A stretch of DNA of 64,000 bases from Ginglymostoma cirratum (GCA_024137785.1 JAHRHZ010000084.1:7344093-7408092); one strand, 5' to 3'; shown: positions 1-13,769, counted from the first letter of the stretch. The notes: generated by a model not told the origin, from the letters alone. Numbers and translations: made by a program.

Positions 1-2479
1 GACTCCGGACAATTGTGTGTGGTCAATAAATGCTGCCTAGCCAGCGATGCTCTCATCACGTTAATGAGTTTTTAAAAAGCAAAGGTATTTGTTCGTGTTT
101 TCTCAATCTGGTTGAGAAAAGCCACAGACGAAGCTCTTGTTTAAATGTTGAAACAATTAACTCTTTATATCCTTGCGAGTATTTTCTTTGATTTATGAAT
201 TAAGTTGTTCATCTCACGAAAAAATCCAAAATTTCTAATACGTTATATTGAGCTTGGTTGTGTTAAGATACTCAGCTGCACAAGATAGCAACGGAGTAGA
301 ATGATCCAGCTGGAGCTCCTCTGCTCCGCTCGGTCGTTTTTTCTTTTCCTTTTTATTTCTTCTTCTCTAATCCCTTCTCCCATCATCACACACCTGGCCT
401 GGACGCCAAAGCGGCGTCGGTGGTCAGCAGAGATGCTAGCGGCCAGGGTAACAATGCCAGTGACCAGTGGTCACAGCGGGGACAAATGTCACCAGTGGCC
501 CAAAGTAGGGACACCAGTGCTCAGCGGCTGCAGTGTGAACACCAGCAACTGGAGTGGCAACGCTGGTAAGCAGCAGCCAATGTCAGCACGCTGGCAACCA
601 GTGACCAGAACAGGAATGCCAGCAAGCCCTTGTGCGAAGCAACGAAACCAGCGGCCAGAGTAGATGGCATTTACTGCTGCCATGTCAATGTGTGGTGCAG
701 TTGGTGAATATTTGAGGCTGTGAATTGGGATCAAATCAAGTGGGCTTCTTTGCCTCAGGTGTCGTCCAGCTTCTTGAGTGTCATTAAAAATGTATTCATT
801 CAGGCAAATCATGAGTATCCCATCAAATTCCTCAAGTCTTCCCGGTAGGTAATGGATAGATTTTGAAGAAATAAGAGGCTGCAGAATTCGAAGCCTCCAT
901 CTTAGTCAAGTATATGTCTAGCCCAATTCAGTTCCTGGTCAATGTAACCCTTGGTGCGTCAAATGTGGGAAATTCAGCAATCAGGTGCCAGTGATTGTAA
1001 AGAGAGATAGTTAGATTCTCTCTTGTTGGAAATGGTCATTGCCTGGTACTGGTGAGGTGTGAATGTTACTTGTCACTTTTCAGCTCAAGATGGGATTGTG
1101 CTTTGGTTTTCCTGCACTTGGTCAAGAACTTTTTCATTTTCTGAGAAGCTGCAAATGGTATTGAAAACTGTATGATCATGCACGCTGTTGAGTTTATGTT
1201 AGAGGCAAGTTCAGGAAGAAGCAGGCAAGGTGGTTGGGACAGGACACTGTTATGTTGTTGCATAGTAACATCCATTATTGAAATAATTGACATATAAAAA
1301 AGCAAATCGCCCTTTCTGCTCGATATGACTCCAACCAATGGTATGTTCTAACGAGCCTCATCACCACCAGCCCTTCACCTCCACATCCCACCCTATTCCC
1401 ATTGACTCCAGTTTCTCTAAGGCTCCTTAACACCATACTCGGTCAACTCCTTAGTCTTAAGGGCAGACACATTCACATCACATCTGGAGTTCAACTCTTC
1501 GATTGATGCTTGAACCAATACTACAATGCAGTCAGAAGTTCCTTCACTGTCACTTGGTCAAAATCCTGGAATTCCCTCCCTTACACTATTATTGCTCGGT
1601 CAAATCAATGCATATGGACTGCAGTGGTCCAAGAAGGCAACTCTCCATCACCTTCCCACAGGCAACTAGTGATGGACAATAAACACTGGACCGTTAGGGA
1701 TGCCCATGTCCCACAGGTGAGCAAAATAAGACCTAGTGGAACTCAAATTGAACCTCAGTGTTTTTGTTATTGAAGTACAAGTTTCACCTGATGAAGCTGT
1801 CCCTGAACTTTCTATCTCTTTGTAGAAACTAAACAGTAGTGTAATGGGACGTTAATTGCCCAACGTTTCCTTTGGGTTGCTTTTTGTATATAGGCATACC
1901 TAGATCACTTTTCATTGCTGTGTGGACACCAGCATTGTAGCTTAGCACAAAAGGCTTGGTTAGGTTGCCTGCCTGGTTTGGGAAGACACATCTGCACTGT
2001 TACTGCATAGATATCATCGGGGCAAAACCCTTTTCAGTATCAATCACAGCGTACACTTGAAACAACAGATATACTCACAGTCTGTTGACATGAAGCATCC
2101 TCCCTGCTTCAGTGATGGATATTATGGTCTCCTTATGAGTTTTGAAGGAAAACTCATTGTGCAAATAATAATTTTGTATATAATGGAGAAGGCTAGAAAG
2201 TGACTGGGGTTCATTGAAGAGATATAATTGAAGTGGACAATCTGAACTTCTGCCACTTCAGAACAAGTTGCTCCCAAGTGAAATACCATCTGATTTATTA
2301 CACTATCACATATATCACAGGAAGAGTGAACTTGTATTCACGGTAGTCACAAATCCACAGCTGGAAGCATAGTTTCACTCTATAAAATCCACTGTTGTGC
2401 TGCTAACTAATTCACATGTCATGTCTTTGGCATTTGTATTTCCTAAAACGACGCAATAATCACTCACTTCCTGGGGGTA

Positions 2480-4355
2480 GAAAGTAAAGAGGAACTGAAA
2501 GTATGACTAACATTTCACTGGGGTGTAGGGGGTGCAAGCTGGAGAGTATGGTGATCTGTTGATGTAGTAGGCAGTTGGAAGTTCAGGAGACATTTTTGCA
2601 GTCAGAAAACAGGTGCTCTGCCAAGCAATCACCCAGTCTGTGTTTCGTCTCCCCAATATAGAGGGGACGATATTATGAGCAGTGAATACAATAGGGAATT
2701 GGGGAATCCTCAGTTGAGAAAAAAGTGAACATTTCATAGCCCCCATACAGAAGGTTGCATCATCAGAACAGAGGTGATATGGATGGAAAAACTGGTAAAG
2801 TAAAATGGAGTTCTCTGCAGGAATTGTGGTGTCAGGATGTTTTGACCAAGTAACTATGGGAGTCGGTGGGCTTGTAATGAATACCGTTGGTTAGCCTATG
2901 CCCAGAAATGGATACAGAAATGTCGAGGAAGGGAAGGCAGGAAAAGATGGGGTAAGGGAAGATGAGAGCAGGATGGAAATTGAAAGCGAAATTGATAAAT
3001 TTTTGCAATTTTGGATGTGGCAGGGAAGTACACCAATGAAGCCATTGATGAATGACAGAAAAGCTTGTTGGGACAAACCTGATTGGGATCGGTACAAGGA
3101 ACATTCCATGTACCATTCGCTGGTCTAACTGAACACCAGGCAGATATACTTGGCCAAACCTATGATCTGAGAGGTGTTAAAGGAGAAGTTGTTCAAAGTG
3201 AGGTTAAGTTTGGCCAGGCAAAGGAGGGTGGTGGTGGAGGGGAACAATTCTGACTTTTTCTCCAGAAAGAAGTGGAGAATGCTAAAACCACCCAGATGGG
3301 GGATAAACATCTAAAGGGATTTCACGTCCATGGTGAAGATGAGGCGTTTCCTGCACAAACTGGAAATACTCAAACTGACGTAAAGTGTCACATCAATCAT
3401 GGATGGAAGTAGGAAGAGACCTGAAGAGTGGAGAAAACAGTGAGTCAAGGTAGGAAGAGATGAGGTCTGTGTGGCAGAAACAGGAAGAAACAATGGGTCT
3501 GCCCTTGTAGTCCTGTTAATGGCTTTAGGGAAGAAGGCAGAAGCAGTCTCTAAAGGTTGGTGGACTCTGTGTTTGATGGCTGTGGGGGAGTGGTGTAGAC
3601 TACCAAATCGCCAGACCATTTACTTCCTCCCCCTACACTATTCAAACCTCCAGACGTACCTTACAAATAAACCAGTGGTTTACTCACGCTTCACCCATTC
3701 CACTATACTATATTCATTGTTCACAATGGGGTCTCTTGTTCACTGAGGAGATAAAACATAGACTTGCTTTGCAGAACACCTTCATTCTGTCCTCAAAAAC
3801 TGACCTAGACCTTCCACTTGCCTGCCACTTCAATGCACCACCATGTTCCCTGGCCAGCATATCTGCCTTGGACCTGCTGTAATGTACAAGCATGCCTCTG
3901 TGCAAATTGGAAGAACAGTGTCTCATTTTCTTCTTGGGAATCTTGTAGCCGCCAGGACTCATAATATCGAGTTCAATAATTTTAAGGCGTGAGCAACTTC
4001 TTCCATGTCCTTTACACACCCTTCCAGCCCAGGTCCTGCTAATGACAGAAGCTGCTTTCAGCACAGTCAAATCATTTTCATCTAGTTATGGTCTCTCTTG
4101 TCAGTTTTTCTTTCTTTCTGTCATGTTATCATCCATCTCTTCGTCTGACCAAATGTTGTTCTCAATCTTTTGTCTCCATCCCTGCATATCTGCTCACTCC
4201 TTTAACAACCCCACAACACGTACCATCAAATTCTGTCATGGGCATGTATATAACTTTTTTTCTAGCTACTATCAGTTCTAAAGAAGGGTTTCATTTTCTC
4301 TCTCCAAAGGTACTTCCAGACTGGCTGAGTTTCTCTTGAAATTTCTGTTTCTGAT
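2480..4355. mobile_element. Penelope-like element remnant with internal inversion (about 2480-3610 minus, 3615-4355 plus)
   Basis: Minus-strand RT motif IHYKPTDSHSYL. The plus-strand part resembles the GIY-YIG region at 6614-6990 and ends in the terminal repeat ttctaaagaagggt..ccagactggctgagtttctc. Confidence 0.75.
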
Positions 4356-4834
4356 CCATGTGTTTTAACGTGCTTTAAGTGGATGGATTGCGTTTTATGA
4401 CTGTCTTCTGGGGTGCTTTGAACACTTTGTCATGTTAACGGAGCCAGATCAATGCAAGATGTGTGTATTAATTGTAGTAGAAGTTCTGCATTAAATCAGA
4501 TGTAGGTAAGGATTTGAAAATTTTGCAGCTGGTGCTGATGCAACATGGCGAGATTAATAACATGTAAGTTTTTCCTCTTAAGAAATAACACAGAGTGAAA
4601 ATTCCCTAGTCTTTATGTAACTGTTCCCTCAATAAATTGTTTTACCGATCTGTCATTTGATACATATTATAATCCTCGTAAGCGTATGACACATTCAAAT
4701 AAAAGCTATCAGTCCGTATTCACATTTGTTTGACATCATCATCCTCGGCTACACTTTTGCAACTCATCCTCCTGCTCCTGATTCACAATTATCTGTGTCT
4801 AAATCTTAATGGTAAAATATTATTGATCCTGTAG

Positions 4835-4933
4835 GTAAAGATTATCTACTGATCTGTAGATGGGCAGGTGGCATGCTGGCAATTTTATTATTGATAATCA
4901 TTTTGACAAGACTCGATTAAAAGGCATCAGCTG
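4835..4933 (+). CDS. Gene A (paralog) TM exon GKDYLLICRWAGGMLAILLLIIILTRLD*KASA; Arg in TM and stop after TM (short-tailed receptor or pseudogene)
   Basis: Acceptor gatcctgtag| and donor G|gtaaga. Codon-by-codon similarity to 47086-47190, including the identical end AAGGCATCAGCTG and a similar intron start. AGA at 4858-4860 and TAA at 4918-4920. Confidence 0.75.
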
Positions 4934-6005
4934 GTAAGAACTTCCGTTATTTCATTGAATATTTTTAGTTGCCAACACCCAATGATCCTTCTTCGAAGAC
5001 AAACAGTGCAGATGAATTGTGATTATCTGCAGACGAATAGTCAGTACTTTCCTACATATTTAAAAAATGAAGTTAATATCACAGACGGTTATTTGATAGG
5101 CAATTCAACATGACAATATAAACCAGACTTACTTCACCCCCTCATTCTAACCACTTACTCGATTTACAATCGACCTCCTAGATCTGAAATAGCAATGCAA
5201 GTGTGTTCATTCTGAAGAAGTATCACAGGAACCAAACTGTTTCCCTTTCCTCGGAGATCTCCAAACTAATTTCACAATACAAACGAGACTGTAAATTCGC
5301 CGTCCCTACAAGAGGAAAAGTCTACTCAAGTGTGAGTAGCGCCAAGGCAGTGCTGGTAATGATAATACATCCCATACTGAGCTGTTCCCCTTGGTAATTC
5401 ACGTCACTGGTATTGCTTGTGCACTCAATAAATTATGGCCGCAAACATACATATGAGTTAAAAGCACAAGTAGACCATTCAACTCCTCCAGCTTATTCGT
5501 GATTTCATAAGCTTATGGTTGAACTGATAGTGTTTGGAATTCTACATTCCCAACTAGCCATAGAAACGTTGGATTTCTCTTGCCTAACAGGATTCTAGGT
5601 ACTACTACCTTTAAAATATTCAATAATGCTACCACCACCTTCTGGAGCAGAGAGTTCCAAACTGTCACAGTCATCTGAGACAAAAAAACACTCCTCATCT
5701 CTGCTCCAGAAGGACAACCACGAACTGGTACACTGTATACCATGGTTCAGGATATGCCCATTCGTTCTTTGTCTACCTTTTCAAAATTGTTCAGGATCTC
5801 AGACACTGCAATCAAGACACTCCGCACCCTTGTTAATTCTAGTGGAAAGAAGCCTAGTCTATTCAACTTATCTTCATCAGACAACCCGCTCATTACAGGT
5901 GTCAATCAAATATACTTCCTCTGAATCAGCTCAAGCATTTTTTATAGTTTATTGTTATATTTGTGCGTTTATAACTTACATTCAATATGGGTTTCCTTCC
6001 TTCAG

Positions 6006-6049
6006 GTGTAAGAAGACATTCTGTGGAAGTAGATGAAGCTCAACAGCCG
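6006..6049 (+). other. Gene A 44-nt cytoplasmic exon GVRRHSVEVDEAQQP (downstream of the TM-exon stop, so now untranslated)
   Basis: Acceptor tttccttccttcag| and donor CCG|gtaagc. Same length, phases and RRxS motif as 47798-47841. Confidence 0.72.
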
Positions 6050-6479
6050 GTAAGCTTACCATGTTTCTTCATATGAAGATCAGTTAGGATGGAATAGCAA
6101 GAAGTCTTGCAAACATCTAAGAAGATTAATTAAATCATAGACGAAAAAGGGCTATTACGGAAGTTTAGGTCCTTGAAAACAATTATTCAAGCAGACCAGT
6201 TCTTCACTCTTTGCCCTTATTTCTGTATTTCTGCATTTTTAATGAGCTGTCTCCTTCCTATTTGAAATTTCCATTGACTATGCTCCTGCCACATATCCAG
6301 GAAGTCTATTTTAAAGTACTACAGAAGTTCCCACAAAAGCAGTCCTCATTTTCCTATGATTTTCTGTCAAGAATTTTAAATGTTCACTCTGGATACTGAC
6401 AGATCCACAATTCAAAACATATTTCATAAAAACTGGAAGACACGTTGATACTGTAAATCAAAAAGAAAATCTGTCACGT

Positions 6480-7495
6480 ATTACACTACACTCCCTTGTT
6501 CGCATTCCACAGGGAACATTTCTACAGGGGTTATTCTGGTCCATTCTTCCTTCACGCCCAACACACCCTGCCGCTCACAGCCCCACGGCACGTTACCCCT
6601 GCAAACACTGAAGGTGTATCGCCTGCCCATTTGCCTCCTTCCTCCTCAGTATCCAAGGCCGAAACATACCTTCCAGGTGAAGCAGCACTCTACCGGCACT
6701 TCTCACAATCTAGTCTACTGTATTCGTTACTCACAATGTGGTCTCCTCTACACTGGGGAAACAAAGCTTAGACTGGGTGACCACTTCACGGTTCATCTAT
6801 GTTTTACCCACAAAAATGGCCCTGACCTTCCAGTTGCCTGCCACTTTAGCACACTACACTGTTCCCTGGACAAAATCACTGTCTCAGGCTTGTTGTAGTG
6901 CTCCAGTGAAGCTCAACGCAAGCTGAAATAACAATACCTCATTATCTACTTGGGGGCCCTGCAGCCATTCGGAATCAATGTTGAGTTCAACAATTTTAGA
7001 GCCTGAAATCACCCACGTCTGAGACTCCCGACCAAGATCAAAAGACCTTCATAGAATTCCTACAGTTTGGAAACAGGTCCTTTGTCCCAACAACTCCACA
7101 CAAATCGAAACCAGGTTCCTGGCGCTGTGAGGCAGCAATGCTAACCACTGAGCCACCAATCCTTGTTATCACATTGTCTGCCATTCCACACTACCTATTG
7201 TTAGCCACCAACAGTTTCCATTAAAGCTGGTCACCCGCCCAGCCATATTAATACCGACTCCTTTGTCTAACCAACTGTTATCCTCTTTCCTCAGGCTCTA
7301 TTCCCATCTATCATTTACTCTTTACATCCACCCCCCACCCCCACTCCCAAATTATCCGCAGAATTTAAGGCAACATTTGCCACGCTACCATCAATTCTGA
7401 GGAAGGGTCACCAGCCCGGAAACATTAACGTTGATTTCTCTTCCCAGATGCTCCCAGATTTGCTGAGCTTTTCCAACAACTTGTGTTTTTGTTTA
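6480..7495 (+). mobile_element. Penelope-like element 3' part (GIY-YIG endonuclease remnant plus terminal repeat), interrupted by a SINE fragment at about 7050-7160
   Basis: ORF 6614-6898 contains NLVYCIRYSQCGLLYTGETKLRLGDHF..PVACHF. The terminal motif tctgaggaagggtcaccagcccggaaac lies at about 7397. Confidence 0.82.
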
Positions 7496-7929
7496 CTTTA
7501 TTGAAACTTTTCATTATTGTGAACAACTTTAACAAGCCATCCATTGGCTTTCTCTGTCCTGTGTGAAACAATCATAAAGTGTCTGTTCTACTCAGGGTAA
7601 ATTAAGTTCCTCATTCCTGATACTATTCTTGGAAATCTATTCTGCACGCTCTTCTGGCTGTCACATTCTTCCTGTCTAAATATTCTGAATGAGGTAAAGG
7701 CAGCCCCTCCTTCTTTGCCTTCCTATCATGTAATAAATAATCACAACAATTTGCTGTGCTTTGGCAATTAACTAGGACTTCCGTTCGTACTGATAAATTA
7801 GAAACGAGGAGACACTTTTGATTCTCAAGCTTTATAATTCAAACTGCTCAAAAAATTGGACATTTCCTGGTGCCTAGTTGCTAAATGGAAGCACTAGTAT
7901 AGCACAATCTGAGAAAGTATGATCACCAT

Positions 7930-10900
7930 TGATAGCTGACGATGGGAACTCCAAATGCTATGGTCTATGTCGAGTTTCAAGGGTAAGCACATATCCTCAT
8001 GACTAAGAAGGAACCTGGAGTGGGAGGGGAGAATGTTGTTGTAATAGGATCAAATGACATAGATTCAACAAGGACTGATGTTCTGCTGAGAGAGTTTTCA
8101 TTTTAATGCCGAATAAAACGTGGCAAAAGTATTATATCATATCTCTGAATTGTTCTCTGAGCCACGTGCCAGATGTCATAGGATACAGCAGATTAGATAC
8201 TTCAGCACATGGCTCAAGCTATGCTGTTCGAAGAAGGGCTGTTGATAAATTGGAGGAAAGGAAGCCATTTCATTTTAATATGCACTGCTTAAACTGAATG
8301 GGACCAGTGTCCTGGACAACTGTATAACAAGAGCTGTCATCAAGTATTAAAATGGTGGAGAGGAGGATATGATGAAACAAGATTTATCAACCCAAAGAAA
8401 TAGAATAAGACATTAAGCCAATAGAACAATGCAGTGATATGGGTACAAAGAAAAGCACAAAGGGACTATGTGTTTAGCATTTGTTTTGCACCTGTGAGTA
8501 AAGTCAATGCAGGAATAAGTAGGATAGTAGTGAAATTAAGGGCTCTTTTCTTCTAAATGCATGAAGCAGCTTCAAAAAATTGTGTTAATTATACAAACAG
8601 GTACAGTAAATAGTTTTGACTTGATTACGACTGTTGACATATGTCTGCAAGTTAATCAAGGTTGGGAAATAAATAATCCAGGGTACACGCATTTTAAAAG
8701 GAATTCAGAATTGTAGATTTGGAAAAAGGTTTGATAGTAAGGGACGATGCAACAACATAAGAAACCCACAAAATAGAATGACTCTCCGTGGTAAACGGAA
8801 GTATCAGGAGTCATAAAATTTTAGCGGGAGCAGTTTGGAGAATCCATAACTGAATGAAGTTATCGTAGATTTAACGTTATATAATCAGATATTATTATTT
8901 AATAATGTCACAATATAAGGTCTGCTGTGAAGCAGTGATGTGAAAAACATTGAATTCCAAAGAAGAATCATGTATATTAACCTAGATGAAGCGATGACCT
9001 CGTGGCATTATCGCTGGACTGATATTCTGCAGACTGATAACATTCCCACAGACCAGGGTTCAAATCCTGCCAGGGCAGATTGTGGAATTAGAATTCAATT
9101 TTAAAAATCTGGAATTAACAATCTAATGATGACTATGAATCCATTGCCAATTGTCGGAAAAACCCACCTGGTTCACTAATACCCTCGAGGAAAGAAAGCT
9201 GGTATCCTTATCTGGTCTGGCCGACATGTGACCCCAGACCCACAGCAATGTGGTTGATTCTGAACTGCGCTCTGGGCAATTGGGTATGGACAATAAATGC
9301 CGCCTAGCCAGTGATGTCCACATTCCGTTAATGAATAAAGAAAAAAATCAATTAATCAATATGAGGCAAGAATAGGTTAATTATAGAATTAGGCTGATAG
9401 ATAAATGCACTGTGTGAAGTATTTAAGGACACAATTCAAAATACCTAATAAAATCCAATTTGTTGAATGATAAAATCTCAGCAAGAAACATCATCTATGG
9501 CTCTGTTAGGAACGTAAATATGGTTTTAGATTTTAAAAAGAGGCTCTTTTGCAAAGAATGTAAACTAGACTGAGAAATTGGGGTGCCTCAAGAACTAAGA
9601 AGAAAGCATCGACAAGTTGATAGCGTGGGAAATAATGAAAGTAAAACAGTTAAAAATACAAAAACAGATTGTAAGATCATTATTTATTATACAAAAAGAA
9701 ATACGTTAGCTACAGTAAATATCAGTACCTCAGAAGAGGAAGTAACAGATGTTTTCACAGGCAATGAAGAAATCTACGCTTGCTATGTTCCAATAAAATC
9801 CCTTAATTGCAAAAAAACACTCACAGCAGATTGGGAGCTGGAAAATGTGAACTCACTTTTAAAGATAAAGAAGAAAAAAGACGGAACTGAAGGGCAATTA
9901 GCCCAACATCATTACTTATCAAAATTATGCAACATTGTCCTAAATGTGCAGTATGATTAAAATAAGTCAATGTAGTATGACATAAGGGAAATCATTTTTG
10001 ACAAATAATTTAGATCATGTGGATGCTTTGTCTTGAAAGGTAGATAAAAGGGAACATACATAGTGTGTTGTGATCTCTAAAAGGCACTCAATAAGGTCAA
10101 GAGAAAGCTAAGGACGAATGGAGTTCAGGTTATTACATTAATATCGATTGTAGAAGAAGCATAGAGTGTGTGAAAATTAACACTTTCAACTTGGCAGGCT
10201 GTTATTACTGCATTCATGGATGTATGGTACTTACAATCTTTTTAAATTCTTCAGGTGAGGAGACAAAAAGTATCATATGTAGATTTTGTGATGACGCAAG
10301 CTATGTGAAAAGATATATAGTCAGATTAAGGGTTCTTCAGTTGATTGTAGCTAGAATTCTACACAGGCTTGATGAATTCATGAGATGAATACAAAAAAAA
10401 CGACTAGGATATGATAGATACGGATATATACTTGCAAGGTTAAGAAAGACTGGACTTTGAATTTTAAAGGGTGTGTGATATTACAATAGGATAGTCTCAA
10501 AACAAAAGGGTATGTGTTGGCTCTGCAATAAGTGTTTGATGCGTACAATCCTGAGAAGTCACCTTTGCGCAGAAAATAAATATGCAGTAAATGTGTGGAT
10601 GCACATAATAAATGGCAAGGAGAAGCTACAAGTGGAAGTAACTTCGACCTCACTGATCAGTAGCTACTTTAAAAAAAATCGTTAAATACTGTGATGGAAA
10701 GAAGAGTACTGCAATAGCCGTGGATGATTTTAATCTTAATACAGAATGGACACATCAAATTGACACTTGTAAATACTAATGCTCAGGAAGACGTGGGTAC
10801 ACTTATGCAAGCAACACAGAAAGTCAGCAGGCAGATACAACAATTTGTTAGGAAGTTTAATGACATGTTGAATTTTATTCTGAGAAGCTTGGAGGAAACG

Positions 10901-12760
10901 GAATAAAGAAATTTTGCTCCAATTTTGCCAGGCTTTGGTGAGACAACCTCTGGAAAATGTGTGCTCTTTGCTTTTAACTTTTAAGGAAGGAAGAAACAAA
11001 AAGAGAAATTGCTAGAGAAACATTTCTGAAGAAGGGTCACTCGAAATGCCAGCTCTGCTTTCGCCCAACAGTGCTGGAAGATCTGCTGAGTTACCCCGGC
11101 AATTTCTGTTTCGTTTCAGAATCCTAACTTCCACAATTCTTTTGTTTTTTTTTTAATGTAGAATGTACTCAGATTGAAGAATGCACAGTGAACATTCATT
11201 AAATTTATACGTGAAATAAGTTTGGTGACCATTGATGAGAGATAGAGTAAATTCAGCCTTTATTCTCTGATGTTTCAAAGGATGGGGGGGGCTCTTTCAC
11301 TTGGGAAGCAGTTCATAGAGTGCTCTACGAACAATATTTTAGTACAGGCATTTGTTGAATGAGAACAGTTGTTTGATGATTTTGCAATCAACGAAGCCAC
11401 CAGGGAAAGTAATCATAACTCAAAGGATTTTCACATTCTGTTAGAAACTGAAAATCTTGGCTCTAAAACACGTGTCCAAAGCATAAATTAAAGACAATTG
11501 CAATGATTCAAAGACAGAATTAGCTACGTTGTACTGTGAAGATATCTCAGAGGGAATGAGTGTGAAAAGCAATAAAACACATTCAGAATCTTAACGAAGA
11601 TATTTTCCATCGAGAATGAATACGAACAGCATTGACCAGCCTCAGTTAATTAAAGAACTGAATAGATCCTTATGAAATTCTTCCACTTACTATTTTCAGT
11701 TAAGCATTAACCTGTTTCTTTAAGTAGGTTACAAAAGCAGACAAACACCTTTCACGTCAAGATTCAAACAGGACACCATCATAAAATAAAGAGGGAGAAG
11801 GACGAACCATTGAGAGAAACCAAACCAATTAAGTAAATTCATAAATAATGGGTACTTTTCTTGTTCCATGTAAATGACTTGAATATTGGAATACAGAATC
11901 AAATTTCAAAATTTGCTTGTGAAGGCAAACTTGCAGTGGCAAACAGATGATGGTAGTAATGTTTTATAACAAGATATAGGCTAGTGAGTGGCGAGTGTAA
12001 TTTAACAAAATGGAGATGATGAATTATTGAGAACGTGTAAAGAGAATCCACATAGCCTTATTGGAGCCTTTTTGACGAATGTGCAAGAACTGACAGGCAC
12101 AGAAGGTGTTTGTGAATCAATCTTCGAATATGGCAGGACATAATAAGAATATAGCTGTCAAACCTGATGTTTTCATGAAATTCGTCAATGGGGGCATTGA
12201 GTACTAGAGTAGGGAAGTAATGTTGAAACTTCATAGATCTGGTTAGGTCACCAAAATAATAGTGATTCTAGTTCTGGTCATCACAATTTAGGAAAAGTGG
12301 GTCCTAGAAGAGATTCACGTGAGCTTTATTGGGAAGGTACTCGAGTTCAGAGATAGTAGACATGTGATCCGGTTGGACAAGCTTGGGTTGTTGGCCTTGA
12401 CTAAAGAAGTTTGGAGATCTGACATAACAGGGATGTACAAGATTATGGAACGTTCAGATAAGGGAGACAAGAGAAACTGTTCCCATTCATTTACAACACA
12501 AAGTCTAGAGATCGTTGAGTTCAGGTTTTGGAAAAGAGATGCAGAGGAAACGCAAAGAAGCTTTGTTTAACATGAGTGATATTGGCCTGGGAAATGTATC
12601 CTATTAGGGTGGTGGAAGCAGAGACCATCGATAATTTCAAATGGGAAATCAATGGGTACATGAAGAAAGTAAACCTGCAGGGTGACAGTAATAAAATAAG
12701 GGAGTAGCACTGAGTTGCCTCAAGAAAAGCCTTCAGACTTGATAAGCCATGTGCTGTCTT
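7930..12760 (+). mobile_element. Patchwork of old, heavily decayed CR1 fragments
   Basis: Remnants VVVIGSNDI (ORF1 esterase-like), ADWELENV, ICRFCDD, LRQPLE/ggtgagacaacctctggaa and DITGMYKIM. No long ORF. Confidence 0.6.
8990..9347 (+). mobile_element. tRNA-derived SINE sharing its 3' end with a local LINE family
   Basis: B-box-like gggttcaaatcc. The 3' end gggcaattgggtatggacaataaatgc..aatgaataaagaaaaaaa recurs at 1-78, 49750-49825, 15530-15595 and 1660-1730. Confidence 0.75.
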
Positions 12761-13179
12761 CAATATCTCTAAATTGCTCTAATTTAAAATTATTTTCATT
12801 TATTTACTGATGGCAAACGGGTAGCAACGGATGAGGGCAACACTTCTTGCCTATCTAATTGATGCTGAGGTGATGGTGAGTTAACTTCTTGAACTATTGC
12901 AGTCCATCTGGCGTTGGTACACTCATAATGTTATTAGGAGAATGATTTGATTACTTTGACAAGCAACAGCGAAACGACAGTGGTAAAATTCCATGTCAGT
13001 GTAGAAATGGTGATATTCCAAAGCATCTATTACCCTTCTGGGTGGTAGACGTCACAGGTTTTTGCAACACCAGAAACGTATGAGAGGAAATTTCATAGCA
13101 GCTTTTATTTACAAGCTCAATTGTCTCAAGTAGTGAGTGACAATGAGCTAACAGGTAATATTAAACATTACTTTCACAG

Positions 13180-13345
13180 ACTGAACAAAAAGGTAGAAAA
13201 GACAAGATGACTGTGCTACTTAAAGATTGCTGATTCCAAATCGAAATCATCAAAACCTATACAGCAAGACAATTGTGCGGGATATGGAGGTGTAAAGCTG
13301 ACAAGAGAGAAGCTGAGAATCCAGAAAAGCAGTCTGACGTTGTGA
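13180..13345 (+). pseudogene. Gene A decayed ITIM exon (frameshifted)
   Basis: Acceptor ttactttcacag|. Homologous to 52934-53080 but 2 nt shorter across the first ITIM. It reads TEQKGRKDKMTVLLKDC* (TGA 13231-13233); the ancestral frame resumes as ADSKSKSSKPIQQDNCAGYGGVKLT. Confidence 0.68.
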
Positions 13346-13769
13346 ATTGCTTATATATGGAAGCCGAGCATATCCTATCATACACCATAAAATGGATGTT
13401 AATCACTGTTCCATAGCTCAATAGTCATAATGATCTTGAACATTACAAGTAACTTATGTGCATGATGAGAAGAGAAGGTGAAATGTTAATTTTCAGCTTC
13501 AGTGTTGAGTGTTATATCCATACATAATAGGTTGTCAAACACAGCTCTCCAGTTTACTGTGTAAGACTCTCTGTTCATCTACTTATTCTCCACTGGAATC
13601 TTCTCACTCATTGACTGATATGAATCTCATTACAGTATATTTATCACCAGGCTATGTGAGGACTATTCCAATATCAGATCTTTTCATGAGAAGGGGGGGG
13701 TTGGGTTTTCAGGCAGAAAATCAAAATTTGCTGCAGGCCCTATATTCAACAAAGGGCTAATGTAGAGCA

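Noticed and set aside
7105-7160. tRNA-like sequence on the minus strand
   Set aside because: It is the tRNA-derived head of a V-SINE fragment, not a complete cloverleaf.
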